A DNA stretch of 64,000 nucleotides, from positions 64,001 to 128,000 of the IMG/VR virus record IMGVR_UViG_3300042549_004948. One strand, written 5' to 3'. Positions 26,117 to 36,957 of the stretch are shown in pieces. Source of the stretch: a virus. Positions within the stretch are counted from its first letter, which is position 1; every line of letters starts with the position of its first letter. A program made the position numbers and the translations under genes. Below the pieces are notes generated by a model. It did no database searches. It was not told where the DNA came from and was given only the letters and a program-made list of their open reading frames with translations.

Positions 26117-27265
26117 TTAATCTATTTTATAATTTTTATATGTTTTTAAATAACTGTTTAGAATCTCTCTCTCTACTTTAGATTCTATATAAGGATTATA
26201 TCGAAAATCTGAATAGATTTGTTCTAATACTGCTTTCAATCTATACTGAATCATCTCCTCTTCTATAATATAAGGACTATTATCTATTTCATCAACTCTA
26301 TTTTGCCACATTAAAGGTAAATCTTCTAAAGTTATTTTATCTTCTACTCCGCTTAAATCTGCGGCTCTATAATTCTCTGCTTTAGGATTTAAATTGACCC
26401 ATCCTTCTTTTCGATCTTCATATCCATATCTAAGTTTAATCTTAGAATCAAAAAAGCCTTCTGGTATAATTAGAGACGGACAAATGTTATTATCTATTCT
26501 CTGATGCATATACCCATCAAAGTGTCTCATTTGTTCTTTAAATGGAATAATTACTATTTGTTCTGGAAGTGGTATGTTTAAACGCTGTCTTATATTAATA
26601 ATGCTAGGATAGACTCCTGAGATTCCATCTACTCTTGGTAGAGGTACTTCCGTCCACTCTCCTGTGAAGAACCAATTGTAATATAAATCCTTTGTTATAA
26701 TATTTAAACTATCAATAGAAGTGCCTTTATAACTTAATCCGTAATCTAAAATAGAATAATCTTTATTTAATTGTCTTGGAGTAGTTTCGTTTAGCTCTAT
26801 GTATCCAGATTTAGCCCATCTAATATTTTCAGGCCAATGACTCATAACAATAGTGGTGTACTTATCATGCTTTTGATTAACTATTTGTTCTAAACACTCT
26901 CTACTTGAATCTAAAAAGATATGATCGTGGTTACATAATAGTAAGATTAAGTCAGCATTTATTTCTTTATATAAGCTCTTCCACTCTTGCTGATAAACTG
27001 CTCTCTTATTATTATAAAGTAATTCTATACCGCTAAACTCTTTCTTTACAAAAGCTTTTAATTCTTCTCTATCTTGTTCGCTGTATAACTTAGTATCTAG
27101 TTCTACATTTATAATAGCTTTAGTCCAAGCATAAGCTACAGCAAGACTTGATAGACTATACTTAGTTATATCTAACTTACTATAAGGGGGTAATATACCT
27201 CTAGTAATTCCAGAGTATGGATTACCTGAAGTGTCAGTTAAGTATACGTTAAAGATTAGTACCAT
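26117..27265 (-). CDS. hypothetical protein, possibly GT-A fold
   Basis: 382 aa in sugar cluster; CNHDHIF, RHFDGY motifs. Confidence 0.7.
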   Translation of the reverse strand: MVLIFNVYLTDTSGNPYSGITRGILPPYSKLDITKYSLSSLAVAYAWTKAIINVELDTKLYSEQDREELKAFVKKEFSGIELLYNNKRAVYQQEWKSLYKEINADLILLLCNHDHIFLDSSRECLEQIVNQKHDKYTTIVMSHWPENIRWAKSGYIELNETTPRQLNKDYSILDYGLSYKGTSIDSLNIITKDLYYNWFFTGEWTEVPLPRVDGISGVYPSIINIRQRLNIPLPEQIVIIPFKEQMRHFDGYMHQRIDNNICPSLIIPEGFFDSKIKLRYGYEDRKEGWVNLNPKAENYRAADLSGVEDKITLEDLPLMWQNRVDEIDNSPYIIEEEMIQYRLKAVLEQIYSDFRYNPYIESKVEREILNSYLKTYKNYKID

Positions 27266-28931
27266 CTATAATATTTTTGTAGTAGTTATCGTAAAGCATA
27301 TCGTTATTTAAAGGCCATTCAAAGCACTTCTTATAATTAGCTTCTATGTAAGGAAGCATCTCTTGATACTTCTCTAAGCTTAAACTATTCATTATAGTGT
27401 CTAACTCCTCTTGAGTCTGAAAAGATAGAATACCTCTCTCGTCAAAGAACTCTCCTATATGAATACATCCATGATAGACAGGAATAGTTCCAGTTAAGAA
27501 GCAATCTATAATTTTTTCTGAGAAGTAATTATCATCACAAGAAACATTCTCGATAGCAATATTAAACATATAGTCTCTCAATGCATCAAGCTTACTAGGA
27601 ATCTCTCTAATACCTCTACCGTATAAATCTATTCTATCTTTAATTGTATTTACAAACTCTAATCTCTTTTTATGTCCAGGTAGAAAAGCTTTTGTAGATA
27701 TTACAGCAGATACTAACTTAGACTTTGGAAAAATATGATAAGCTCTATCTTCTGGGATCTCATACTGATCGAAATGATCTGACTTATAAGGAGTATGTCC
27801 GGCTGGATTAGGAAGTCTGTTGAACTGAGTTACTTCTGTTGGAGGTAAGAATTTAGCATTAGGTAAGATCTTTAATAACTCTCTATCAAATGTTAAGATA
27901 GTATGAAACTTATCTTGATGTTGAATAACTAAATTGTAAAGCTCTTTATGAAAGTACTCTCTTTGTTCAAATAATCTAGCTACAATAGGAACTTTTCTAT
28001 CTATTTTAATTCTACCTTCTAAGTAGTCTTTAATAGCTGGATCACAAAGCAATACTATATCAAACTCTCCGTCTACCTGCTCGTAGCAATAAGTAAACTT
28101 CTTTGGTACTGAATTATATTCCATGTAGTAGTCTTTATTAAAGACATTTATTTGAGGAAGCTTTCCGTTTCCTAATCCCTCTCTGTAGGTTTTCTTATTT
28201 CTAATCTCTACCTCATACTTAGAATTATCTGTAGCTTCTCTCTCTTTTGTTCTTTCTTGATTTTTTGGAGTAGCATTATATACGTGAGTTGTAAAATTTA
28301 CAACACCGATCTTATCTTTAGAACACATTTCTAAAGCAGGATACGCCCAAGCAAGATCACTCGCATGCCAATAATACTCTCCATCTATTCTAGACTTCAA
28401 ATCTTCTCTATCTATGTTCTTCCAAAGAGAATACCTATAAGTTCTTAAATGACTAGCTCTCCATTGATCTCTTCTATAGAATTTATGTCTATGGATAAAA
28501 TCATCATAAGGAGTGCCTTGAGGAAAAGATTGAGTACCATTACCGGTTCCATCCCAGCATACAAATTGCCCGTAAGTCATCCAGCATTTTGTCTTGTTAT
28601 AAAAGTCATTTAACTTCTCTAATACACTCTCATCAAAGAGCCAATCATCTCCGTCTAGGTGAACTATAATCTCATCGTCTTCTGGAAATAAATGTCTAAC
28701 CGGTTCGATGTAGTTATACGCAGCTCCTTTATTAATTTCGTTTCTGATGACTTTACATTGAGTATTATTTTTTAGTATTTCAGAAACTTTTTCAAAGGTA
28801 CCGTCTGTAGAACAGTCGTCTATGTAGAGCAGCCTCCAATTAGTATAAGTTTGATTAAGTACACTTGCTAAGTTATACTCAACATAGTCTAGATTATTAT
28901 ACGAAGGAGTTATTATTGTAAACTTATTCAT
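27249..28931 (-). CDS. GT2 + GT10 (fucosyltransferase-like) fusion
   Basis: N-term IITPSYN/IDDCSTD/LDGDDW; C-term Y.FNIAIEN....NYFSEKIIDCF..GTIPVY.G. Confidence 0.88.
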   Translation of the reverse strand: MNKFTIITPSYNNLDYVEYNLASVLNQTYTNWRLLYIDDCSTDGTFEKVSEILKNNTQCKVIRNEINKGAAYNYIEPVRHLFPEDDEIIVHLDGDDWLFDESVLEKLNDFYNKTKCWMTYGQFVCWDGTGNGTQSFPQGTPYDDFIHRHKFYRRDQWRASHLRTYRYSLWKNIDREDLKSRIDGEYYWHASDLAWAYPALEMCSKDKIGVVNFTTHVYNATPKNQERTKEREATDNSKYEVEIRNKKTYREGLGNGKLPQINVFNKDYYMEYNSVPKKFTYCYEQVDGEFDIVLLCDPAIKDYLEGRIKIDRKVPIVARLFEQREYFHKELYNLVIQHQDKFHTILTFDRELLKILPNAKFLPPTEVTQFNRLPNPAGHTPYKSDHFDQYEIPEDRAYHIFPKSKLVSAVISTKAFLPGHKKRLEFVNTIKDRIDLYGRGIREIPSKLDALRDYMFNIAIENVSCDDNYFSEKIIDCFLTGTIPVYHGCIHIGEFFDERGILSFQTQEELDTIMNSLSLEKYQEMLPYIEANYKKCFEWPLNNDMLYDNYYKNIIDGTNL

Positions 28932-29293
28932 TAGATTTCTATATTTTTTATTCCTTTATCGCGATCAACAACAATAGCAACTGCTGTCTCTTCTGTGCTG
29001 TTTGGTTTATAATCATTGATTAATACTCTTACTCCTCCTCCTATACCCATGATAAGCATATCATAAAAAATACCTGCTTGCTCTAATTGCTTCTCTGTAA
29101 ATTTTCTCATAGACTCTTTTCTACCAGTCGTAAGAATTATTTTATAGCCCTTCTTATCCCACTCAAGTATTTTTTCTGTAACACCAGGTAATGCTTTTGG
29201 ACTAAACTCATGAAAATTACTTCCTGGAGGAAAGTGTTCAATTAAAGTTCCGTCTATGTCACAGAATATTGTCTTAGGTCTAGGATCTATCAT
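28931..29293 (-). CDS. HAD-superfamily phosphatase (capsule-biosynthesis type)
   Basis: DIDGTL, LTTGR, YD.L.MG, IND. Confidence 0.85.
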   Translation of the reverse strand: MIDPRPKTIFCDIDGTLIEHFPPGSNFHEFSPKALPGVTEKILEWDKKGYKIILTTGRKESMRKFTEKQLEQAGIFYDMLIMGIGGGVRVLINDYKPNSTEETAVAIVVDRDKGIKNIEI

Positions 29294-30426
29294 ATAACTT
29301 TTATATTTGGGTTTATACTTTCTATTTGCTTTTTAATCTCTTCGTTGTAAACTCCCGTCTTTACTATTACAGTTCCGGATTCTACATCTCTTAATGCTTC
29401 TGGAGACTTAACTATTAGATCTGTTCCATATAAACGTTTATTTTGTTTATTAGGGTCATTATCTAAAATGTTTATAATTTTTTTAGCATCTAATCCAAAC
29501 TGTAATAAGGTTTGAGAAAAGATATGTGCTCCAAAAAGATAGACATCTCCTTCTATTTTATTTAGCTCTGAAACTAACTCTTCATGGTACTGTGTGTAAT
29601 TTAAAAATAAGGCTAAATTATGCATATAGAGTTGATCTTGCTGTCCTGAAGTTATATAGATTTCTTCTTTAGATTCTCTTACCTTTTTTGCACAAAAGAA
29701 GATACTATGGTCTTCTTTAAAGTAGCTTTCTTCTAATAACTCATATCCAAAATGACTTAATAAAAGCTCAACATAAGGCTGGCTTGCAAAGTAAGTATGT
29801 TCGAAGTTAAGGCAGTTAGTATAGTTATTACGAAGCATTGCTTCTAAATTAGGAACAGACATTATAAGTAAAGAATCCTTCTTCATAAAGTCTGATATGT
29901 GTTGCATAAACGTTAATGGATCATACACATGCTCTAATACATGAGAATGAATAACTGCATCGTATTTTTCTTCTGAAATAAATTTATCATCAAAAAAGCC
30001 TTTTATTACTTTGACAGGTAAGTTAGCAGGAACTCTAGGGTTAGGTTCTATTATAGTCCAATCTAAGTTTCTTTTTGCTAAAGACTTCTTTGCTAAATGT
30101 CCGTGTAGTCCTCCTATTTCTAGAACAGATTTAATAGAAGAAAACTTAGTAACAAATTCAGCGAAAGCTTCATGATGTTGATTCCAAATATCTCCTACAG
30201 TTCCTGATCCATGTTCTTCTGCATAAACGACCTCTAAAGGCAATAGCGGATTTAACTGTATCATTCCTGAAGAGATACTCATCTGCCAGCTCATATCTGC
30301 TACAATGTCTTTCTCTTTAGGTTGATCAGTACATCCCATAAACACAGGAAAGTTTTTGAAAGTATATAACTCTCTTAAATCTTTTTCTCCTGTTATTACG
30401 TCTCTGTCTCTACGAATATAGTTCAT
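29290..30426 (-). CDS. class I SAM methyltransferase (NDP-sugar C-methyltransferase-like architecture)
   Basis: VLEIGG..G, HSHVLEH, SVPN, FEH.YF, C-terminal FGA...LDN...KQ.K.L.GT. Confidence 0.82.
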   Translation of the reverse strand: MNYIRRDRDVITGEKDLRELYTFKNFPVFMGCTDQPKEKDIVADMSWQMSISSGMIQLNPLLPLEVVYAEEHGSGTVGDIWNQHHEAFAEFVTKFSSIKSVLEIGGLHGHLAKKSLAKRNLDWTIIEPNPRVPANLPVKVIKGFFDDKFISEEKYDAVIHSHVLEHVYDPLTFMQHISDFMKKDSLLIMSVPNLEAMLRNNYTNCLNFEHTYFASQPYVELLLSHFGYELLEESYFKEDHSIFFCAKKVRESKEEIYITSGQQDQLYMHNLALFLNYTQYHEELVSELNKIEGDVYLFGAHIFSQTLLQFGLDAKKIINILDNDPNKQNKRLYGTDLIVKSPEALRDVESGTVIVKTGVYNEEIKKQIESINPNIKVI

Positions 30427-31372
30427 TTAATTTATTTGTAATGTTCTGTTTTACTTTCTCATCTATACCTGGAAATTGAGATTTAATCTCATTAATAAAT
30501 TCAGGATTAGATAATACATAATGGCCGCAAATCTTAATCAACTCTTTTCTGTTTACTTCAGGATTAAAATCAGAATTTACCCATTTAACCCATCTTTTAG
30601 AATCGTAGCATATTTGCCAGAATCTATTAAATAAAGTAACGTCCTCTATCTCCTTAAGATATGTTAAAGTTTCTATTAATCCAAATTCAGGAGCAATATT
30701 TATAGCATCTAATCCTAAACTAAATTTCTCTTTAATAACTTCTGCAGGAATATAATCTCCGTTATGCTCCTTAGATAACATATCGTAGCTTCTAGCTACT
30801 TCAATCATCTCTTTTAAACGAGTAGAATCGTAATTGCCTGTCTGATCAATTCCTTTAAGGGAAGTTCCTGATTGAATAACCAAATACTTTATTTGCCAAT
30901 ACACTTCTTCAGGTAGAGCTGATCGTAGGCTTGCTACTAATAAGTCTAACTCGTCTGGGTCGAATGGTCTAATTGCTTCTTCTGTACCGACTTCAAATAT
31001 TAACGTAGGATTAATTTTATAAGCAAACTTAATCATCTCGATAGTCTTTTCTAAGCCGTCTGAGAAGTTAGGATATTTCTTCCAAGGATCGATATGAATT
31101 AACTGGAAGTGTTTAGCATCGTGAGCTAAAGATTCCAATCCATCGTCATCGTTGTTACCTTGACCTGGACCTCCGTGATCACGTTGAATAGGTAAAGTAG
31201 TAACATACTTACTAAACTCTTCTGTAGTCCAGTTGTTAACATAACCTCCGTCCCATTCTACTTGTCTACGAGAAGGAATAAAAGCTATTTGATTTCCTGT
31301 AGCATTACAGAAATCTACTATAGCATCTACTACATTCTTAGTCATAGGTCCGATAAAGTACTTTACATCCAT
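30410..31372 (-). CDS. GatZ/KbaZ-like (tagatose aldolase/epimerase-type) TIM-barrel protein
   Basis: SRRQV...GGY, RDHGGP, IHIDP, EVGTEE, KEHNGDY, NIAPEFG. Confidence 0.75.
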   Translation of the reverse strand: MDVKYFIGPMTKNVVDAIVDFCNATGNQIAFIPSRRQVEWDGGYVNNWTTEEFSKYVTTLPIQRDHGGPGQGNNDDDGLESLAHDAKHFQLIHIDPWKKYPNFSDGLEKTIEMIKFAYKINPTLIFEVGTEEAIRPFDPDELDLLVASLRSALPEEVYWQIKYLVIQSGTSLKGIDQTGNYDSTRLKEMIEVARSYDMLSKEHNGDYIPAEVIKEKFSLGLDAINIAPEFGLIETLTYLKEIEDVTLFNRFWQICYDSKRWVKWVNSDFNPEVNRKELIKICGHYVLSNPEFINEIKSQFPGIDEKVKQNITNKLNELYS

Positions 31373-31986
31373 TCTTTATAAATTTTATATTGTTCTTCAG
31401 CTTGTAAATCAGCAATCATTCTACCCTGCCCTTCAACAAAGGGTCTACCGTCGATCAATGTTCCTCTTACTTCTACATCTACAGGTGTCGCATTGAATAC
31501 CATTCCGTCTAAATTAGGCACTTTGTCCCATTCGGCTCTAAGAATAAATCTGCAAGGTATGCTTAATTGAATACAAGCATACTCTACCGCTTTACCAAAA
31601 CCGCCGTTACCTAAAATGTATAACTGCTCAGGTTTAGTTAATAAAGAAAGGTAGTTATAAACCCCCATCCAGTCGGTATTGTATGCTTTTAAAAAGCCGT
31701 CTTTGTTTACTACAGTATTTGCTGCACCGATTATCTTAGCAGCAAAATCAACTTCGTCAACGTGCTTTAATACTTCTGCTTTAAATGGCATACTAATAGC
31801 AAAGCCTTTAAATTTTAATATTTTAGCGGCTATTACCGAACTTAGAATATTATCTGAATAAAATGACTTGTATATAGCATTTATACCTTCTTGTTGAAAG
31901 CGAGTATTAAAAAAGATACAGCCATTGTTTCCTGGATTAGAGGAGAATGAACCGTATAATTTAGTATCTTTATTTACAATATTCAT
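31363..31986 (-). CDS. shikimate dehydrogenase-like oxidoreductase
   Basis: SMPFK, IGAANT, YNTD..G, ILGNGG.G.A, NATP, QA..Q. Confidence 0.8.
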   Translation of the reverse strand: MNIVNKDTKLYGSFSSNPGNNGCIFFNTRFQQEGINAIYKSFYSDNILSSVIAAKILKFKGFAISMPFKAEVLKHVDEVDFAAKIIGAANTVVNKDGFLKAYNTDWMGVYNYLSLLTKPEQLYILGNGGFGKAVEYACIQLSIPCRFILRAEWDKVPNLDGMVFNATPVDVEVRGTLIDGRPFVEGQGRMIADLQAEEQYKIYKEWM

Positions 31987-33877
31987 TTAAAATTTCAATT
32001 GCTTTAAACCATAGCATTTTTGCAAACTTCTCATCGTGTAAAGGAGACATATTCAAAAATATTATACCTGTTATTAATTTTACTTTCTCTAAATCAAAGC
32101 CATTCTCTATAAGCCAGCTTTCATAATACTCTCTAAATTCATATAGGTCTTCACTAACAAAATAATTGTAAGTAACTGCTGTAGAGCCTTCATGAAGAGT
32201 AACAGCGTTTTCCTGTTTCATCATATCATACGGTATAATAGTACCGCCATACAACTTAGCTAAGTCGTAATAAATGTCTCCGCCTTTTGTTGATCCGCCA
32301 AAGGACTCTCTCCAATCAATATAAGTAAATTTACTCATACGATTATCCCAAAGTATATTATCGAACTGTAAGTCTCCGTGGAATAGAGTATAAAGAGGAT
32401 TCTCGTAAAATTGTTTTGTATCAATCTTACTTGTAATACTATCTATTGAAGGATATTGTTTACCGTTAATAATAAACTTCTGATTAAAATAACTTGCTCC
32501 AAACCTATCTAAAAAAGCTGCTATTCTTTCTGTAGTTTTCTTACCGTAAAACTTATCAAATAGTTCTGTATCACCGTCATACTTTTCACTCTTAATAATA
32601 ATAGTCTTTAGCTTATCTAAAAACTTCTTATAGGTATAAAATGAATTGTAACGGTAGAGTGTATCTCCTGATTCCCAATCGTAGCCTATAAAGTTATCTG
32701 TCCATTTAAAGTTAGATGGAATTAAGCTCTGCAATGCTTCTGCTCGTTTTACTTTGTTAAGATTTATTTCTACACTAGGTGTAAATTTCATAAAGCTACT
32801 TCCTTTATAAGTAATCTCTCCTGTAGTCTTAGCTAAAGATAAAGGAGTGTCTCCGAAATACTCTTTAGCTCTTTCTAAGTCATCTAAGTTACCTGTATCT
32901 AACCATTTTAATTCTTTAGCTTTAAAGGTAGGATACACAGATGGAGTACTAAACGCAGAAACAATCTCGTTGTTCTCTCCTAACTCTTTCCAGAAGATGC
33001 CGTAATCCCAAATACTAGCCAAGCCAATGAAAGCATTATCATATCCATTTACGTCCTTATTGGCAAAATTTGTAATAGTACCTTCCTTATTTGCTTCTAA
33101 AGTAGCGTACTTTTCAGGATAGCTTGTAGGATGAACTCCTAACCAGTTTCCGTCTAAGTGAGGTACTTTACCTTCTATTAAACAATCTACCACCGTAAAG
33201 TAGAAAGGACGTTGGAGATGCTGTTTACATTGTAGAGCCGAGTAGCCAGGGCCTGAATTTTCTCCTTCGTATTTATCTATTTCGACAAATGTAAATTTAT
33301 GATCTGGATATGCTAGTTGACAGTATTGTTGTAACTCTACTCCTTTGTATCCTAGCGCTACTACGAAATCATACTCTTTAGGAAATTTTTCTATAATATG
33401 AGAGATAATAGCTTTATTGTTAATAGGAAGCATACCCTTATTAACGTTCTCTGTAAGACCTTTCAATCTAGTTCCTAAACCAGCAGCTAGTATTAATACA
33501 GCCGGAGTTTTATGCTCTGCTTCTACTTTACCATCCGCTCTATTAAACTCATCGTCAATTCTAAATACATCATCTACATGCGGTGTAGATACTTCCTGTA
33601 AAATAATATCTGTAATAGCTATCACTCTATGCTTCTTAGGAGGTGTCACGTTAAAGAACTCTCCACCTCTCATTATTTTTTTCTCTACAACTCCTTCATC
33701 GTTTTCTAACCATACTTCAGCTTCGCCTGAAATAATGTAATTTGTTTCTTTTTTAAACTCATGATACTGGAAGGAAGTTTTATAACCAGCATTGATATAA
33801 ATTCTCTTATAACAATAGGCATCGTTTAATTCAAGCCATTCTTCTTTACCCCAAGGTTTGTGAACTACTTTATACAT
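31970..33877 (-). CDS. cupin + nucleotidyltransferase + APH/choline-kinase-like fusion
   Basis: KPWGKE..QYH..K.ET cupin; LAAGLGTRL...K..LP; HGDLQFDNIL...IDWR...GD.YYDLAKL. Confidence 0.88.
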   Translation of the reverse strand: MYKVVHKPWGKEEWLELNDAYCYKRIYINAGYKTSFQYHEFKKETNYIISGEAEVWLENDEGVVEKKIMRGGEFFNVTPPKKHRVIAITDIILQEVSTPHVDDVFRIDDEFNRADGKVEAEHKTPAVLILAAGLGTRLKGLTENVNKGMLPINNKAIISHIIEKFPKEYDFVVALGYKGVELQQYCQLAYPDHKFTFVEIDKYEGENSGPGYSALQCKQHLQRPFYFTVVDCLIEGKVPHLDGNWLGVHPTSYPEKYATLEANKEGTITNFANKDVNGYDNAFIGLASIWDYGIFWKELGENNEIVSAFSTPSVYPTFKAKELKWLDTGNLDDLERAKEYFGDTPLSLAKTTGEITYKGSSFMKFTPSVEINLNKVKRAEALQSLIPSNFKWTDNFIGYDWESGDTLYRYNSFYTYKKFLDKLKTIIIKSEKYDGDTELFDKFYGKKTTERIAAFLDRFGASYFNQKFIINGKQYPSIDSITSKIDTKQFYENPLYTLFHGDLQFDNILWDNRMSKFTYIDWRESFGGSTKGGDIYYDLAKLYGGTIIPYDMMKQENAVTLHEGSTAVTYNYFVSEDLYEFREYYESWLIENGFDLEKVKLITGIIFLNMSPLHDEKFAKMLWFKAIEILNEYCK

Positions 33878-33889
33878 CTTAAAAATTTA

Positions 33890-34849
33890 TTAATTAAAGA
33901 ATCCTTTGCATGCACATTCTTCTTCGAAGAATTTAATAGTGTCTGCATTGAATAAATGCTTTTTATACACCTCTGTTATATTATCAAAGTCTTCTTTCGG
34001 TCTACCGTGTAGTCCTTCTGCAATATGCCATACTTTAATATGCTTATGATCGGGAGTAAATAACTTACCTTCTTTAACATACCAATTTCTAATATAAGAC
34101 TGTCCAGGATTATTCATTGCTATCTGAAAAATAATACCTGATTGGTCCACTCCTTTAGCTTTTACATTATAAACAACATCAGATAAAATATAAGGACCGT
34201 CTAATACTTTAGATGTAAATCCGCTATCTTGCATTGTAAATAATTGGTTTATAGCTCCTTGCTCTCCAAAGTCTGTAGGATGCGTAAAACATAACTCAAC
34301 AGACTTCTCTAAAGCTTTTAAATTATTAAAGCACATAACTCCTGTATTGATATTTACAACCTCTTTAACTTGAGTACCGTCTTCATACTCTAATACATAA
34401 GAAGGAGGAGTCCAGTATTTAGTTGTTTCAAACCTATTATAGTTCATCGAGAGTAACATATCAGTCTCGTCGTCTTCCAACATTTCTGTAAGTCTTGAAG
34501 TAGTAATGGTGTCAATATCTATAATAATTAACTTATCTGCTTTATAATACTGTGCTGCTGCTAGAGCTAAGATTAGTTTCTGTACAACAGCGCTATTAAC
34601 GAACTTGATATCACCAAAAAGCTTAAAGTACTCCTCTAAGTTATTATCATCAATAAAAATAGTCTCTACGTCTGGATGCCATTTTTTAAAGCTAGCTACT
34701 GCACATTTTGCATACTCATCGTATCTACTTTGATCGTTCCCGTAAAGTAACCCCAACTCTGTATACTCTTTTACCTCTTGTACTCGGTCCATAAACTTTT
34801 CCGTAGTAACATTGCTAAATACTGCTAAAGTCTTTTTTCTTTCTAACAT
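33890..34849 (-). CDS. putative GT-A glycosyltransferase (GT8-like)
   Basis: IIIDID, INTGV, EQGAIN. Confidence 0.65.
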   Translation of the reverse strand: MLERKKTLAVFSNVTTEKFMDRVQEVKEYTELGLLYGNDQSRYDEYAKCAVASFKKWHPDVETIFIDDNNLEEYFKLFGDIKFVNSAVVQKLILALAAAQYYKADKLIIIDIDTITTSRLTEMLEDDETDMLLSMNYNRFETTKYWTPPSYVLEYEDGTQVKEVVNINTGVMCFNNLKALEKSVELCFTHPTDFGEQGAINQLFTMQDSGFTSKVLDGPYILSDVVYNVKAKGVDQSGIIFQIAMNNPGQSYIRNWYVKEGKLFTPDHKHIKVWHIAEGLHGRPKEDFDNITEVYKKHLFNADTIKFFEEECACKGFFN

Positions 34850-34850
34850 A

Positions 34851-35960
34851 TTATTTATTGTTTATTTTATCTACAAAGTTTAAAGCGGAGTCTATAACTT
34901 GATGCATATCGTAGTACTTATACTCTGCTAGTCTACCTCCAAAAATAACATTTTTTTCTTTATCTGCCAACTGCTTATACTTTAAGTATTTAGTATTATT
35001 TTCTAAATCGTTTACAGGGTACATTGGCTCTGTTTCTTCTGGTTTATACTCTGTGGGATATTCCCAAGTTAGGTAAGTCTTATCTGATTCTGTATTTTCG
35101 AAATGTTTATGTTCTATTACTCTTGTATGAGATGATTCACTATCGGTATAGTTCATTACAGCTGTTCCTTGATAATTTCTATCATCAAGTATATGATGCT
35201 CAAATCTAGTAGTCTTATATTCTAAATCTCCGAACTTGTACTTATAAAAAGTATCTATAGGTCCTGTATAGATTACTGTATCGTATTCAAAATCAAACTC
35301 ACTAGTAAAGTAATCATAATCTAATCGCACGTCTACTCCTTCTAACAGCTTTTCAAATATTTGAGTATACCCTCCTATCGGAATGCCTTGATACTTATCG
35401 TTAAAGTAGTTATTATCATAGTTAAAGCGAACTGGAAGGCGTTTAATTATTTCTTTAGGAAGTTGGGTGCAAGGCTTTCTCCATTGTTTTTCTGTATAGC
35501 CTTTAATTAATTTTTCGTAAACATCTACTCCAACTAACTTGATAGCTTGTTCTTCTAAGTTAGTAGGCTCTCCTATATGTTTACTTTGTTGTCTTATACG
35601 CATTTCAGCTTGATTAGGATGTGTAACATTCCATAGCTTAGAGAAGGTCCACATATTAAAAGGAAGAGAGTAAATCTCTCCGTTATAGTTAGCAACTGGT
35701 CTATAAGTAAAATTATTAAACTTTACAAACTGGTTAATCCACTTCCATACCTTTTCGTTAGAGGTATGAAATATATGTGGACCATAAACATGAACGTTAA
35801 TTCCTTCTACATTTTTTGTATAGCAATTTCCGCCTATGTGATCTCTTTTCTCAATTACTAAGACTTTGTAGTCTTTTTTAGTTAATTCATGAGCACAAAT
35901 AGCTCCAAAGAAACCAGCTCCAACTATTAGATAATCATATTTGTTTTCTGATCCACTCAT
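34851..35960 (-). CDS. glf: UDP-galactopyranose mutase
   Basis: GAGFFG, HIGGNCY, YGPHIFHT, GYTEKQW, RLPVR, YQGIP, GRLAEYKYYDMHQ. Confidence 0.96.
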   Translation of the reverse strand: MSGSENKYDYLIVGAGFFGAICAHELTKKDYKVLVIEKRDHIGGNCYTKNVEGINVHVYGPHIFHTSNEKVWKWINQFVKFNNFTYRPVANYNGEIYSLPFNMWTFSKLWNVTHPNQAEMRIRQQSKHIGEPTNLEEQAIKLVGVDVYEKLIKGYTEKQWRKPCTQLPKEIIKRLPVRFNYDNNYFNDKYQGIPIGGYTQIFEKLLEGVDVRLDYDYFTSEFDFEYDTVIYTGPIDTFYKYKFGDLEYKTTRFEHHILDDRNYQGTAVMNYTDSESSHTRVIEHKHFENTESDKTYLTWEYPTEYKPEETEPMYPVNDLENNTKYLKYKQLADKEKNVIFGGRLAEYKYYDMHQVIDSALNFVDKINNK

Positions 35961-36957
35961 AAGTATGTATTAAACCTTCGTACAATGAGTAATTTGGTAC
36001 CCAATCTAATTTCTCTTCAATTAATTTATTATCAGAATTCCTACCTCTAACTCCTGTAGGCCCTGGAATATTCTTAATAGTTATTTTCTTACCGCTAATA
36101 TCTATTGCATATTGAGCTAATTCATTAATAGTAACCATCTCTTCACTTCCAATGTTAACTGGTCCTTCGAAGTCTGATCTTATTAACTTTAGTACACCTT
36201 TAACACACTCATCTACGTATAAAAAGCTTCTAGTCTGCAAACCATCACCCCATACTTCAATCTCACCTCCCTCTAAAGTTTCTGCAACTTTACGGCATAT
36301 AGCAGCAGGTGCTTTTTCTTTGCCTCCTTTATATGTACCTTCTGGTCCAAATATATTATGGAATCTAGCTATACGAACTTCTAAGCCGTAGTTTCTAGCA
36401 AATGCTAAGTACAACCTCTCACTAAATAATTTTTCCCATCCATACTCTGAATCTGGATTAGCTGGATAAGCTGAACTCTCTTCGCAGTTTGGATTCTCAG
36501 GATTTAACTGATTATGTTCAGGATACATACAAGCAGATGAGCTATAGAATACACGCTTTACTTTGTGTCTTACAGCTGCTTCAACAACATTTAAATTAAT
36601 TGTAGCAGAGTTATGCATTACATTAGCATCATTCTCACCTGTAAAAATATATCCTGCACCACCCATATCGGCTGCTAATTGATATACTTCATCCCATTGC
36701 ATATGCTGTATAAACGGACGAGGTGATTGAATAGAGTACTCTAAAGGATATTCTCCGTTATTCGATTCCAATAGCATAATATTATTTACTACTCTAGGAT
36801 CTCTTAAGTCGCCAATAACAAAGTCATCAGCTGCTGTTTTAGAAAACTCAGGATACTTTAAGTCTACACCGCGAACCCAAAATCCTTCCTCTTTTAATTT
36901 TCTTACTAAATGTGAGCCAATGAATCCACCAGCTCCTAATACTAATGCTGTTTTCAT
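35935..36957 (-). CDS. GDP-mannose 3,5-epimerase-like
   Basis: LAADMGGAG, SSACMYP, YGWEK, GGKEKAPAAICRK, GVRGRNSDN. Confidence 0.88.
   Translation of the reverse strand: MKTALVLGAGGFIGSHLVRKLKEEGFWVRGVDLKYPEFSKTAADDFVIGDLRDPRVVNNIMLLESNNGEYPLEYSIQSPRPFIQHMQWDEVYQLAADMGGAGYIFTGENDANVMHNSATINLNVVEAAVRHKVKRVFYSSSACMYPEHNQLNPENPNCEESSAYPANPDSEYGWEKLFSERLYLAFARNYGLEVRIARFHNIFGPEGTYKGGKEKAPAAICRKVAETLEGGEIEVWGDGLQTRSFLYVDECVKGVLKLIRSDFEGPVNIGSEEMVTINELAQYAIDISGKKITIKNIPGPTGVRGRNSDNKLIEEKLDWVPNYSLYEGLIHTYEWIRKQI

Noticed and set aside
31363-31986. aroE as an aromatic amino-acid auxiliary gene
   Set aside because: Lacks the N-terminal shikimate-binding motif and is embedded in a sugar-modification operon
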